Shown: piece by piece, positions 12,906 through 25,286 of the stretch | Position numbering within the stretch: the stretch's first letter is position 1 | Layout: each line of letters begins with the position of its first letter | Origin: Octopus vulgaris | Lineage: Eukaryota | Direction of reading: 5' to 3' | NCBI GenBank assembly: GCA_951406725.2 | Contig: OX597821.1 | Coordinates: 101,990,001-102,054,000 of the forward strand | Length of the DNA stretch: 64,000 nucleotides | Position numbers and translations under genes: made by a program | The notes under the pieces: generated by a model | Told to the model about the DNA's origin: nothing | The model's database searches: none | What the model saw: the letters and a program-made list of their open reading frames with translations, nothing else

Positions 12906-14129
12906 CCCCTGTTTCTTCTTTTTCATTTTTTAAAGATTTTTATCTTTTACTTGTTTCAGTAATTTGACTGTGGTTATGCTGGTGTGCTGCCTAGAAAAGT
13001 TTTAGGCAAACAAATTGACCCCCAGGACTTTTTTTAAAGCCTAGTAATTATTCTATCTGTTACTTTTACTAAACTGCTCATTTACGGGAACGTGAACATA
13101 CCGACACCGGTTGTCAAACAGTGGTGAGACACAAAGACACGCACGCTTGAATCTCCTTTTCTCTCTGTTCTCTGCTTATTTCTTCATGTTTCTTTCTGTT
13201 GGAGAGCGTAGGCTCGAAACGTAAAAGACTTTCTCACTTTCCCGGACGTCAAACTAATACACCTACTTATTGTTTATACACCCGTCTTCGTCTTTTACGT
13301 ATATATATGACGGGCTTCTTTCAGTTTCCATCCGCCAAATCTACTAACAAACCTTTGGTCTGCCCGAAACTATAGTAGAAGACACTTGCCAAAGGTGTCA
13401 GACGAGGGAACTGAACTCGGAAGCGTGTGTTGGGAAGCAAGCTTCTTACCACACAACCATACCTGCCCCTATTTTTTTCACAGTTTACTTCCTGTGCATA
13501 TTATATGTACTGTTCAAGCAATTTTAATTACTTCATCATCCATAAAGCATTGGTCTGTTATAGGTTACAGATTAAGACGCTTGCTCAAAGTGTCGCATAC
13601 TGAGATCGAACCCGAAGCCCCGTGGTTATGAAGCAGAAATCTTGACCATATTGCGATGCTTAGTTTTATGTTTCTGGAATAAAAATATTTTTTAAAAACT
13701 TAAATTGGAATATTTACAAAATGCACATACAGAGATATGATCTAAGGGAAATAACTCCATCATGACTTGGCATACGAGAAAAATATTTTGCTTTTGGAAA
13801 GAGAATAATGAATGAAATTTCTTTAAATCAATTACAGCAACAATATACACATCCTATATCAATAAAGATCGTTCACGATGAAACTGAAATTATGTGATTT
13901 ACTGATCTACATTTATTATATGCAAATACAGGCTAAATATTACGTATAGTCATGTACTACATTCACATAGATCATAGATATTTACCGCTTCTTGACACCC
14001 CACCCCCACATACAACTTAACACGTTATTGGGTTGGTCTTTCTGCAAGCCAGCTGTTAAGGATATTGAATATCCCCCTCACCCTCACCCTCTCTCTCTCT
14101 CTCTCGCTCTCTCTCTGTTTTCCCTAGAG

Positions 14130-15255
14130 ACGGTTTGACACGAGCTGGCCAGGCAGAAGCCTGCACCAGATTTCTCAAACAGTTTAGGCAGAAATTTTAC
14201 ACCTGGACGCCCTTCCTAATACCAACTACTCAGCAGAGTGGAGTGAGCGCTTTTTACGTGACACAAGCACAGGTTAGTTTTGGCAAGGTTTTTACAAATG
14301 AATACCCTTCCAAATGCCAACCACTTTACAGTGTGGAGTGGATGCTTTTAAGTGGCACCTGCATTAACAGGGTCACCAAGTACTTCCAAGAGAAAAAGAA
14401 AAAAAGTTTTGAGATGGGGGTGCATTAGAGGAGGTGATCTTATGTTGGATAATGAAAGGTTACAGTGAGGCAGAGAGACAGAAATAGGTGTCTCGCTGTT
14501 GAGGAGGTCCATGGTTACCTGGCCGGAGAGAGAGAACAGGAATGAAGACAGAAACAGGTGCACTGCTGCGAAGGAAATACATGGTTACCCAACCTGAGGG
14601 AAGTGCAGGAGAAGGAGAGAGAGAGAGTGGGAGACTGTAGGATAAAGATGGTGGCAAAGTGCCAGGCATACTCACAAGGGATGGGGATCAGAATATAAAT
14701 GGGATAGTTGAGTAAAGGAAGAGAGAGATATAGGTGGTGGCAAATGCCAGGGCATATCCTTGAGGTTTGAATGCCATATGTGGCAGGATATTGCAAGGGA
14801 AGCATGATTAAAGAGTGCAGAGTGGGGGAGTGAGGGTGAAAACTTGGATATATATAGAGCCAGGGGTCGACTGGATAGTAGTGATACAGAAGAACAAGGC
14901 TATGAGGACAGGATTGGGGAGTAAAAGCTTGGCATAGTGCATGAAGGAGGAAATGTGGGGAAGAGAAGAGATGTAGATTGGTTTGTTGGGGTAGGGTGAG
15001 GGAAAAGTTTTTTTGTTTCATGTGGGTGGAACACACGAGTTGGGGACTAGCAGATAGCAATGATACAGTGGCACAGGGCCAAGAGGACACGATTGGGGAG
15101 TGGAGGAAGCATAGTGTATGAATTGGAAATAGAAGGAAGAGAAGAGGTATAGTTTGATTCATTGTGGTAGAGTGTGTGAGAAATTTTCTTAAGTATGAGT
15201 GGGACACACAACGCTTCAGGAACTCAGTTTCACTGACGTGGGCGGATCTTCTCAA
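14130..15255 (-). mobile_element. Probable RTE 3' end / long 3' UTR repeat
   Basis: Shares blocks with 35030-35330 and 35580-35630, and motifs with the (CAT)n-tailed repeats; purine-rich on the + strand. Confidence 0.5.
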
Positions 15256-15734
15256 AATCAGATTAAATCAATACTTCTTATCTATTACATTGTAAACAAA
15301 TGATTAACTTCAAGCACAAAAACGTATGTAGAAAATGCTGAAAGAAGTTTTTTTGTATTTAATGATTATTGTAGCGTTTTTTTTAAATACTGTTTTTAAT
15401 AGCTGGCTGTGTGGTTAAGAAGCTTGCTTCCCAACCATGTAGTTTTGGGTTCAATCTTAGCATAGCACCTTGGACAAATGTCTTCTACTATAGCCACAGA
15501 GGGCTTGTGAGATCTACTTCCATGCCTTTCAGCTTTATTCTAGTTCACCTACTACTCTATATCTCTCCCCTATTAGTTTTCTGCTAATTTCTTTCTTTTT
15601 CCTCCTTGTCTTTCTATAAACTACATTGATGTTGTATCTTCTAACGGCTTTTAAAAAAAACTTGCTAGCGTTCCCTTCATCATATACATAATCATCACAT
15701 TCTGTTAAAATGTCTTGTTGGTGCGTTTGGTTTC

Positions 15735-15845
15735 TTTGTTTCCCTGATGAGAAGATTGCACTGTTTTACACCATTTTATTCTTCTGGAATATAGGACTGC
15801 ATTCTTAAATATAGAACTGTCTTCGAAACATATGTTGGAAGTAAA
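15735..15845 (+). ncRNA. Type I hammerhead-ribozyme-like motif with a long stem II
   Basis: Stem I TTTGTTTCC/GGAAGTAAA; CTGATGA at 15744-15750; stem II GAAGA...TCTTC; GAAA at 15825-15828; stem III AC-ATAT-GT; GUU triplet. Confidence 0.6.
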
Positions 15846-15880
15846 AACATTTAGATAACACCTGCGTTTAACTCCATTTT

Positions 15881-15903
15881 CATATATATATATATATATA
15901 TAC

Positions 15904-15948
<45 letters not shown>

Positions 15949-16145
15949 GACATATATATACCTATATATACACATATATATACATATATATATATACATA
16001 TATATATATATAAATATAGATATATATATACACACACACATATATACATATATGCACATATACATACATGTATATACATACATATACATAAACATACATA
16101 CATATACACACACATATATATATATTTATATATATATATATGTAT

Positions 16146-16175
<30 letters not shown>
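15881..16175. repeat. Compound (TA)/(CA) microsatellite
   Basis: Seen directly; similar tracts at 11295-11410, 56520, 57500 and 59140-59620. Confidence 0.9.
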
Positions 16176-16178
<3 letters not shown>

Positions 16179-17156
16179 CTTTTACATGCCACCAGCACAG
16201 GTGCCATTTGCATGACACCGGGGTGCATTTACATGCCACCAGCATCAGTGCCAATTTGCGTGGCACCAGTATCTGCCACAACTGCAATTTTGCTTGGCTT
16301 GATGGGTCTTCTTCTCAAGCATGACATAACACCAAAGGTCTTGGTCATTGCCTCCGTGAAACCCAACATTCAAAAGGAACACTCAATAATTGAGTGCAGC
16401 CTTCCACAGTAACTTTTGAAAAGAATCCAGAAATGAGTTTTTGACTGTTTGAAGGCTTGAATCATATCCAACAATTACTATTTGAATATTTTTATACACC
16501 AAAGGCCTTTGTGTATCTATACTTTGTGATATTTTCATTTTCTTAAGCTGTAGGTATCTGGTTGCCATGGTGTATAAATGACTTAGATCAGAACATAGCT
16601 TTGAACAACAGGATGCCAGTCTGTTGCAAGAGAAAAGCCAATTACATCAACCACAGCACTTGACAATACTTTATTCTATTGAACTCCCCACACCTCCCGA
16701 AGTGATGAAAAGCAAAGATGACCTCAGCAGAATTTGGACTCAAAAGGTAAATAGCCAAAAGCAAATAATTCTGCTAGCTTGCCATGTTTATAAGTGACTA
16801 GGTACAATATTAGGTAAATGTTATATCAAAAAAGAGAGTAATCACCTGCTAGTATGTAAATGAGATTCAAATTGTACCTGTACAACTTTTGACATTTTTT
16901 TTACAGCTCAGTCAAGGATGGAAGGGCAGCATCTTTGATTGTTTACATAACTTGGAACTGGTACATGAACTGGAAGTAGGGAGCAAAGAAATTAGCCACA
17001 AACTGATGACTAAGCCAAAATATTTGCAGCAGTGTGGATGCTGCTAAAGACACCCAAGACTCATAATGGCAATAAATTGGGGGATAAATTAAGACTGCCA
17101 GTCAAAAAATATGATTCAGTATTTGTAATCTAGATTTTTGCACATACAGAGATTAA

Positions 17157-17544
17157 TACTCTTTTACTTGTTTCAGTCATTTGACTGCAGCCATGCTGGA
17201 GCACCACCTTTAGTCGAGCAAATCGACCCCAGGACTTATTTTTTGTAAGCCTAGTACTTATTGTATCAGTCTCTTTTGCTGAACCACTAAGTTACGGGGA
17301 CGTAAACACACCACCTTTGGTTGTCAAGCAATGTTGGGGGACAAACACAGACACACAAACACACACATATATACATATACATGATGGGCTTCTTTCAGTT
17401 TCCGTCTACTAAATCCACTCACAAGGCTTTGGTCGGCCTGAGGCTATAGTAGACAACACTTGCCCAAAGTGGCACACAGTGAAACTGAACCTGGAACCAT
17501 GTGGTTGGTAAGCAAGCTACTTACCACACAGCCACTCCTGCACC
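17157..17544 (-). mobile_element. SINE family A
   Basis: Reverse complement of a full-length family A copy; another - copy at ~12940-13470. Confidence 0.85.
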
Positions 17545-19149
17545 TTATAGTAAATGATCTGCTTGAAGTACCTCTTGTACATATTTTACTATCAAATATA
17601 ATAGCATTTAACTCCTTTTCAGTATGAATGTTGTTCATTTTAGACTTTCATATATAATTTACATACAGACTTGGAGGAGAACAGATGTTTCAGTAAACTA
17701 TTATAATTATGTGAAACAAATTTGAAGTGAACTTATCAACAGCTGCTTCAAGTTCATTAATGGTTTCTGACAAATTCGTATTTCTGATACTGTGGCAATC
17801 TTTATTGTTGGGACAGAGTCTGACTTGACATTGTCCATCAACACAATATTGTCAAACTATTCAACATCAGGTCAGGCAGAACAGAAGGGTTGGTTTGCTA
17901 GAGGCCATTAAATAATAGGGTTTATGGTGGAGCCAAATTAAGACCCATGGAGGCACTAAGCACTTTACAAATATTTGTAATTAATAATATAAACAAGGAT
18001 AAACCAGAAAATAAATTCTTATTTTTCAAATTGAAACAGAAAGCACTGTTTATTTTTATATCCTTCCACTGTATATTTGAAAAGTTTTTTTCCTACTTCT
18101 TTTAATTGCAAAGTATTTGATCAGATCCTTAAAATTAATCTTATGTAACACATCTGCTTCTATACTCAGTGAAGATATGGCATCGTGAATGTTATTTTAG
18201 CAAGTTTAAAGTTATTTGTTTTGTGTTGTAAACCATTTCTGCAGTGCCCCACTTCTCTTCATGCCTTAAGCACGTGTTTATTTTGCTTAACGGTTAATCC
18301 GGTGCTAGCTTATGGTTTCAAAGGAGTTTTCTTCCCATTAGAGACAAAACTGAGGTACCTTTTTTTATAAATCATTCTTTTCTATTTATTTTGTTTTGTC
18401 TCTTACAAATACATCATGTACACTACATGTTCATGTATACACCCATAACTTATATAATAAATTATATGTATGTAGCACTACTTACAAAATACTTAATGAG
18501 CAGTTTGAAATACTTAATGAGCTTACATTTCACATCTGATTTGAACTTTTTATCAGATTTACTTGTCTCAATCTGACCTACATAAAATTCACCACTGAGT
18601 CTTCCTATTTCTTTATAATGCTGTGGGGAAGTTTTCAAAGTTTATCATGTTCAGTATGAGTCTTTCCAAACACAAGCACTACATTTGATGCACTCTTTCA
18701 AAAAAGTCTCAAAAAACCACCCCAGGTCCTCTATGCAAAGTTGAGCCTTTCATAAGCTTTAATGCACTACAAACTTTTTTTCTTGAATATATGCTGCTGA
18801 AATTGGAGTGCATCTAATATACCCATGAGTCTTTTATGCTATCAATTACAGTATATCACTAAGCGTAGTTACAAAATAGCTTTGAGTCCTGTATAATATT
18901 CACCTATTATTATGTTGAAATTATTTCTGTGAGGATTTTAGTTCAAAAAATGTAATCAAGAGATTGCCTTTTACATAGAGTATTGAAAGTGGAAAGGACT
19001 CCAGGGGTTATATTTAGTTTAATTATTGAGTATCCTGAGCATACATTAAGCTTAGAAAAAAAATTGTTCACTTGTTTTTTGAAATGGTATTGAGAGTTTT
19101 GAGCAAATAATGAAAAAAAAAAAATGAATTTATTGTTATAGCATACTTA

Positions 19150-21900
19150 ATCACCATGGAGTGGGTGTGATGATTTATGTTCGATCAAATCTATCGGCAA
19201 TCCCCTGTGATGATTTGAACCAATATCAGCAGGAAGTATTTTTCTGCAATATACACATGACCATGTCAACACTTCTGCTCAGAGTCGTTTACCGCCCCCC
19301 CCCCCCAAATTATCGTCAAGATGCACAGCTTTTTGATATCCTCAGAGCTGCTGCCATGAAAACAGCCGCGTATGTTAATATTGCAGGCGACTTCAATTTC
19401 CCTGAGATTGACTGGGAGGCCTTCCGTTGGCCGCAAAGTGCAGACGATTTCCTTGAACTGGTGCTGAATTCAAATTGGTCCCAAGTCGTTACCTCCCCCA
19501 CAAGGGGTAACAACACTTTGGATCTGCTACTTACCGCTTCTCCTGAAACAATCATTAGTGTCACTACTGAAGAACCTTTAGGTGACTCTGATCATTCCAT
19601 GATCATGGCCGACTTGTCTCTGATTGGTTGTAACAAAAAACACAACCATCTTCAGACTGCCTGCTTTGACTGGAATAAAGCAGACTGGAGCTCTTATTGT
19701 ACTGAGCTGCAACACCCAAACTGGCTCGAATTTTATGCCTCTGGAGATGTGGACACTATACTCCAGAACATTCTGAATTCAATATGGGCAGCATGTGCAG
19801 CATCAGTACCACGCAAGCACAAAAAACCACCCAATAGTGCAATTTGGGAGACTGCAGCAGTCCGACTTGCCAGGAAAGAATGCAGTAATGCTGAACAGGA
19901 ATACAAATTGCACAAATCAGAGAGCAACAGGAAAAAGTGCAATAGGTCAGCCAACCACTTCAAGCAGGTGACAAAAAAGGCAGTGCTTGAATTTGAACAA
20001 CGCATTGCAACTAACCCTGACAGCAAAGTGTTCTGGAAGTATGTGCACTCAAAGCAGCGACCCCACTCTCCAGTTGGTCCCCTTCGCAATACCCACACAG
20101 GACAGATTACTGGCAATCCCGAAGAATGTGCAGAAATCATTGCTGGATGCTATGCCGGCATTTTTACTGTCGAAGACCAAAATGTTCCATCTTCATCACC
20201 ACTGACATCGGACTCTATATTTACTATGCAATTTACACCAGCAATGCTACAACGCCACCTTAAGAATAAACGCAACTATACCTCTCCAGGTCTCGATGGT
20301 GTTACATACCTACTTTTCAAACGCGGTGGGTACTTTCTTCTAAGCCAACTTTCTCTATTCTTCCAATTCTGTCTTGACAATGGTGTTACTCCAGAACAGT
20401 GGAAAACTGCCAGTGTTATCTCTCTGTTCAAAAAAGGCGCCCGCACATCGCCTGTCAATTATCGCCCCGTTAGTCTTACTAGCTGCATCGCCAAACTGAT
20501 GGAATCCTGTATCAGAGAAACCCTCTGGAACTTCTGGAAGTCTCACAGCCTCATCCAGCCGTCACAATTCGGATTTATTCCTAACTCCAGCTGCTGTAAT
20601 CAACTCGAGTTTCTTGAGGACGTTACCCAAATCACTGATCGCAGATCCTGGGTGGATGTTGTTTACCTGGACTTTGCTAAGGCTTTTAACTTTGTGCCAC
20701 ACAAAAGACTTATGGTGAAGCTCTCTGCGTTGGGCGTAAGAGACAAACTCTATAACTGGTTGAAGTCCTTTATTTTTGGCCAAAAAGAGGTTGTCACAGT
20801 TCTAGGACAGCACTCTTCGGCCTATGAGATAACATCTGGTGTATCACAGGGATCTGTTCTTGGCCCCCTTTTATTTGTTGCATATGTTAATGACATAGAT
20901 GCCAACTTAAAGAATGCCACAGTGCTGAAATATGCAGATGACATCAAGCTGTACCTTGAAATAAAGAGGTCAGATCCTGTACACTATAGATCTCTATTGC
21001 AAGCAGACCTGGACACAATGCAGCAGTGGATCATGGACTGGCAACTCAAGCTGGCTGTGGACAAATGTACCACCATGCATTTTGGGAGGAGAAACCCAGC
21101 GTCCACCTACTCCCTCCACAACACTAGTCTCAAAAAGTCTTCATGTGAACGTGACCTGGGTGTTATTGTCGACAGTGATTTGCGTTGGACAAAACACATC
21201 GCTAAAATTGTCAAGAAGGCTGAGGGTGTCTTGGCATCACTCACCAAATCCTTTGTGAGCCGCTCTCCGACTATCTATCTGCGGCTTTATATAGCTATGG
21301 TAAGACCTCACCTGGAATTTGCATCACCGGTCTGGAACCCCTATCTTGCCCAGGATATCAATCGTCTGGAAGCCGTTCAGCAATGTGCAACCAAAAGAAT
21401 ACCCTCCATCAGGCATTTGCCATATCCTGAATGCCTTACTTCCCTGGGCATGGACACATTGAAACTCCAACGTCTGGCAGCTGACTTGGCAGACACCCAT
21501 AAAATTATCAACCATCATACAAACAATAACTCTGAGCGCCTTTTCAAACTCCACCCATCTAACACCCGTGGACATATTTACAAAGTCAGAAAACAGCACA
21601 GCTCCCATGACTTTAGGAAACATTTTTTCATGCTGAGAGTTGCTGAAGCATGGAACAAACTGCCAGCATCAGTTGTTAGTTGTCGGAGCACTGCATCCTT
21701 CAAAACTTCCATGCTTTCTGAGATTTGCCAACACTACACCTGATTTTCTCTCCTCCATACACACACAAGCATGTATCTGATTCATGCATTGTTCGCTTTC
21801 CAGACATTTGTACATTACTGCATATACTCTATACGCACTTTCTGACAAGTTGTGGCACACCTGAGCACTGTATACAATAATTTCATTATCATTATTATTT
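19150..21900 (+). mobile_element. 5'-truncated CR1-clade LINE
   Basis: ORF with the C-terminal part of an AP endonuclease and an RT domain, then a ~150-nt 3' UTR ending in AATTTC(ATT)n. Confidence 0.9.
19161..21743 (+). CDS. LINE ORF2 (partial endonuclease plus reverse transcriptase), 860 codons
   Basis: Endonuclease motifs VYRPP, GDFN and SDH; RT motifs NYRPVSL, LDFAKAF, QGSVLGP and KYADD; CR1-type C-terminus RPHLEFASPVWNP. Confidence 0.88.
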   Translation: MGVMIYVRSNLSAIPCDDLNQYQQEVFFCNIHMTMSTLLLRVVYRPPPPNYRQDAQLFDILRAAAMKTAAYVNIAGDFNFPEIDWEAFRWPQSADDFLELVLNSNWSQVVTSPTRGNNTLDLLLTASPETIISVTTEEPLGDSDHSMIMADLSLIGCNKKHNHLQTACFDWNKADWSSYCTELQHPNWLEFYASGDVDTILQNILNSIWAACAASVPRKHKKPPNSAIWETAAVRLARKECSNAEQEYKLHKSESNRKKCNRSANHFKQVTKKAVLEFEQRIATNPDSKVFWKYVHSKQRPHSPVGPLRNTHTGQITGNPEECAEIIAGCYAGIFTVEDQNVPSSSPLTSDSIFTMQFTPAMLQRHLKNKRNYTSPGLDGVTYLLFKRGGYFLLSQLSLFFQFCLDNGVTPEQWKTASVISLFKKGARTSPVNYRPVSLTSCIAKLMESCIRETLWNFWKSHSLIQPSQFGFIPNSSCCNQLEFLEDVTQITDRRSWVDVVYLDFAKAFNFVPHKRLMVKLSALGVRDKLYNWLKSFIFGQKEVVTVLGQHSSAYEITSGVSQGSVLGPLLFVAYVNDIDANLKNATVLKYADDIKLYLEIKRSDPVHYRSLLQADLDTMQQWIMDWQLKLAVDKCTTMHFGRRNPASTYSLHNTSLKKSSCERDLGVIVDSDLRWTKHIAKIVKKAEGVLASLTKSFVSRSPTIYLRLYIAMVRPHLEFASPVWNPYLAQDINRLEAVQQCATKRIPSIRHLPYPECLTSLGMDTLKLQRLAADLADTHKIINHHTNNNSERLFKLHPSNTRGHIYKVRKQHSSHDFRKHFFMLRVAEAWNKLPASVVSCRSTASFKTSMLSEICQHYT

Positions 21901-22804
21901 AATTATATAAATGTTCCGCATGAAGATATAAATCCAAAGCCAGAAAAAAATAAAGTCATGAGCAAAGAAAGAAAAAAATGAAAAACTATTTAAAAACCTA
22001 CAAAACTTGTTATTTATGCACCGGGCTTTTTCTCAACCACACCCAATAAGGTAATAGTATCTGCTTTAATATACCTGTATTTTCCCAGGTATTTTAATTC
22101 TGAATTTACACATTAAATAAACATTTAAGAATTCTACATGATGGACGTATGGTGAGAATAGCATTCTGTGTTCACAGATAATATCAACTTGGAAATAATC
22201 CCCAAAAGTCAGAAAGTACAGATTATCTATCTACTGAACGGGTAATGATAACTGAGAAGAGTCAAAGTTACAGAGGTAAGTTTATCAGTCTTACTTCAAA
22301 TACCATGTAATTTTCAGTGTGAGGGAAGAACGATGGGGTATTGATATGTTTAAAGAAATTTTTTATTAGATTTAGCAGTAATATATACAAATTATTTTAC
22401 AACATGAGAAGCAACTACATATCATGTTCCCTTGACTTGGAAGTAATATTAGTCAAATCTCACTCAGATTGTACTCTGCCAAATTAAGTAAAAAAAAAAA
22501 AAAAAAAAGAGTTATTACATAATCTAGTCCATATACCATCTAAAAAGCTAGAATGCCTTTGTTGCAAACATGTTTGATTATCAGGATCAACTTGGGATCA
22601 ACAGCAATACAAATATTAACAAGTCTGATCAAAAGGACAACTTTAAAAAATGTTAAAAGGTACTTTGTTTTCCTGGCACAAATGTATATAACAGGAGAAA
22701 ATGAAATTTCTGTGAAGAAAGCTTAAGTTAAAGGTGAAAATATATAGGGTTAGACATTTTACAGAGACGGCTCATTGCTGTTTTTAAATAATACACAATC
22801 CTCT

Positions 22805-23000
22805 AAAACCTCCTTTTCTGAAATTCGCCAACTCTACACCTGATGTCCCCCGCTCCATATGCATGCACACATGTATATCATGACTCATACACTGTTCACT
22901 TTCCTGACTTTTGTATATAATTCTATGTACTGTACATCCACCTTTGATGACTTGTAGTGCACTTGAGCACTATGTACAATAATTTCATTATTATTATTTT
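22805..23000 (+). mobile_element. CR1 3' UTR fragment
   Basis: Matches 21705-21900, including the AATAATTTCATTATTATT tail. Confidence 0.8.
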
Positions 23001-23089
23001 AATCTGCAGTCCATTTTTAACACCAATGGACTCCATTTTGTTGTAAGCATTTAAGCTCCGTAGTCTAACAATATATTCCTCCCTTCTCA

Positions 23090-23710
23090 CCAGTTTCTAA
23101 GGTCCAGGAAATGTCATAGGCAATGCCCTTCCATCGTTGGTTAAGACAGTAAAAACAAAACAGAAGAAAGTGGGTGGGTGAGATATAGTCTTTAAATGAT
23201 ATAGAGAAAGTGAGGCAGAAAAGCAACTAAATTGAGTGGGCTGATTGTACTGTTGAAGGAGATTAGGTTGACATGTTTTCATGGAAGGATGTTGTAAGAC
23301 CTTTGCTTATAGAAGCAGTATATGTATGGTGTTATTGTTTCAATTGTGTGGATCATATCTATGTCCAAAAGTGTAAGGAAAATTTAAGGGTAGTATTGTT
23401 TGCACATGTGTTGTTGATATGGCTGGAAGTGAGAACAAGTTGGTTGTTAATGTACACCAAGGAAAATGTGGGGAATACAAACAAATGTAGTATAAGGTTG
23501 ATAGAATGTGATACAGAGGGAAGCCCATGTCATCACATGTTACAATGGAAGTGGTCTGACAGAAGTCTTCCAATCAAAAAGTTGAGAGAACAGATGATGT
23601 CGATAATAAGGCAACGTAGGCTGTTTTCATGCCAGAAGCAGTTGAAGGCTCAGATAATGTTAAGACTAACATTTCTGATGCCCAAGCTCTTGAATATGAG
23701 AGACCACTAA
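23090..23710 (-). mobile_element. Degraded Penelope-like RT fragment
   Basis: The - strand reads MGFPLYHILSTLY (compare MGSPLSPILAxLY), a degenerate WxRYVDD region and IENNNTI. Confidence 0.55.
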
Positions 23711-23873
23711 CTATACTGGCGATATGATAGACAGACAGACAGATAGATAGATATGTTTCTTTATTAGCCACACAGGGCTGCACACAGACGGGACAGATTA
23801 CAAAGTAGAGCTTTTCTTTTTGGGGAGAGAGGTAGGTTTTTGATCAAACGGGATCGTAAAAGAGAAAGAAAAA

Positions 23874-23994
<121 letters not shown>

Positions 23995-24962
23995 AAGAAA
24001 GAGGGAGGGAGAGAGAGAGTAAAAGGAATAGACAATATTAGTTTATGAAAAAAATATTTTTTTCCATCAACCATTATAAGTGAAACACAATAGACCATAT
24101 AAACTTTCTAAATGGGTGTTCATAGGTATCTAATTATGATATCAAAAATACAGTACTCTCCCACCTGTTACATTTAGGAAAATTTCTATTTCTGGTTAAA
24201 TGTGCCCGAATACTTATAGGCGAAACTACCATGTTAAAGTGTCATTTTTCTTTCTGTCTCCCAGTTAATCTGAAGAATACTTTACAAATAATTAAGCAAT
24301 GACCTGATAGACGGCGTGATTATTCCGTCATTTCAGAAGGACACAGCTAACAATCCTCTATGAAAAGTAGACGAAGTATCGGTGACAGCTGGTCGAATAA
24401 TGGTTACTAACATACATTTTATTAATACCTTTCAGTTTCTTAAATAAAAAAAAATAAATTAAAAAAACTTGCATTCGTAACAAAGAAATCATAATTCACG
24501 ATTGGGTATTAGTTTATATATCCATAATATCGACAGTTTATTCGTATTTTCAGACACTTTCCACACATTTCGAAGGCAGTTTTTTTCTTGAGCACATCCT
24601 GCCAACTTAACCAACAGCAAGAACACATGAATACTTGAACTGCACCAACAAATATTCTCTATGACAAGCAAATTGGCCGCAACACAAAGTAAAAAATTCT
24701 TCTGTTGCTTAATAAAATAATACCAGTTAAAGTGAAAAAGTCGAAGTGAAAAAGGGACGTTAAACTCTAAGGTTGCCACTTGGGATACTTCTATCTATCT
24801 ATCTATCCAACCATCTTTTTATCTATCTGTCTTAAAGATCTTATTTAAAACAAATATTTTTAAAATTAATTCTTTTAAAATAAGTTAAGAGCGATAATTC
24901 TCCTTCGACTAGTAGATACGAAACTCTGACGTAAGAAAATGTCATTCGATAGAATTAAAAAG

Positions 24963-25286
24963 ATGGCCCCTGTCAACATTCGCCTCAACCCATTTGGGGC
25001 TGTGATTTTAACTATATGTATAGCATGCGGACTTATTTACAATTTTGGTTTACTGAACTGGTTCCAGAAAGAGGAGAGGATTTGCATGAAGGAATTGTTA
25101 TCCGTCAGTATTGAATTGGCACGTCGGGGTGGCCGAAAAGTATTAGAGGTCCGCGAAAAGAATGCATTATCGGCGAAAGTGAAGGGATTTACTAAAGAAG
25201 GGGCCACCGAATTAAAGACCCTCGGAGATATGGAATCACATCGCGCAATTCTTTATGGCATGGCTAAAGCTTTTCCGGGACTTAAA
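24963..25286 (+). CDS. BPNT2: BPNT2/IMPAD1-like Golgi PAP 3'-phosphatase, coding exon 1
   Basis: MAPVNIRLNPFG followed by a hydrophobic signal anchor resembles the IMPAD1 N-terminus; KTLGDMESH motif present. Ends CTT AAA|GTAAGA (phase 0 donor). An in-frame upstream ATG lies at 24939. Confidence 0.9.

Noticed and set aside
14515-15255. 246-aa minus-strand ORF
   Set aside because: Low-complexity pyrimidine-rich repeat sequence with no recognisable domain.
15705-16412. ORFs rich in Y/I/C/V
   Set aside because: Translations of (TA)/(CA) microsatellites; the same holds for the IYLS and THTH ORFs elsewhere.
16383-17900. Possible minus-strand exons (16383-16568, 17550-17880)
   Set aside because: No recognisable protein motif or consistent splice phases; possibly very old TE remnants.
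24489-24779. Divergent gene upstream of BPNT2
   Set aside because: Non-ATG ORF with no recognisable homology and no linked exons. A non-coding divergent transcript cannot be excluded from sequence alone.
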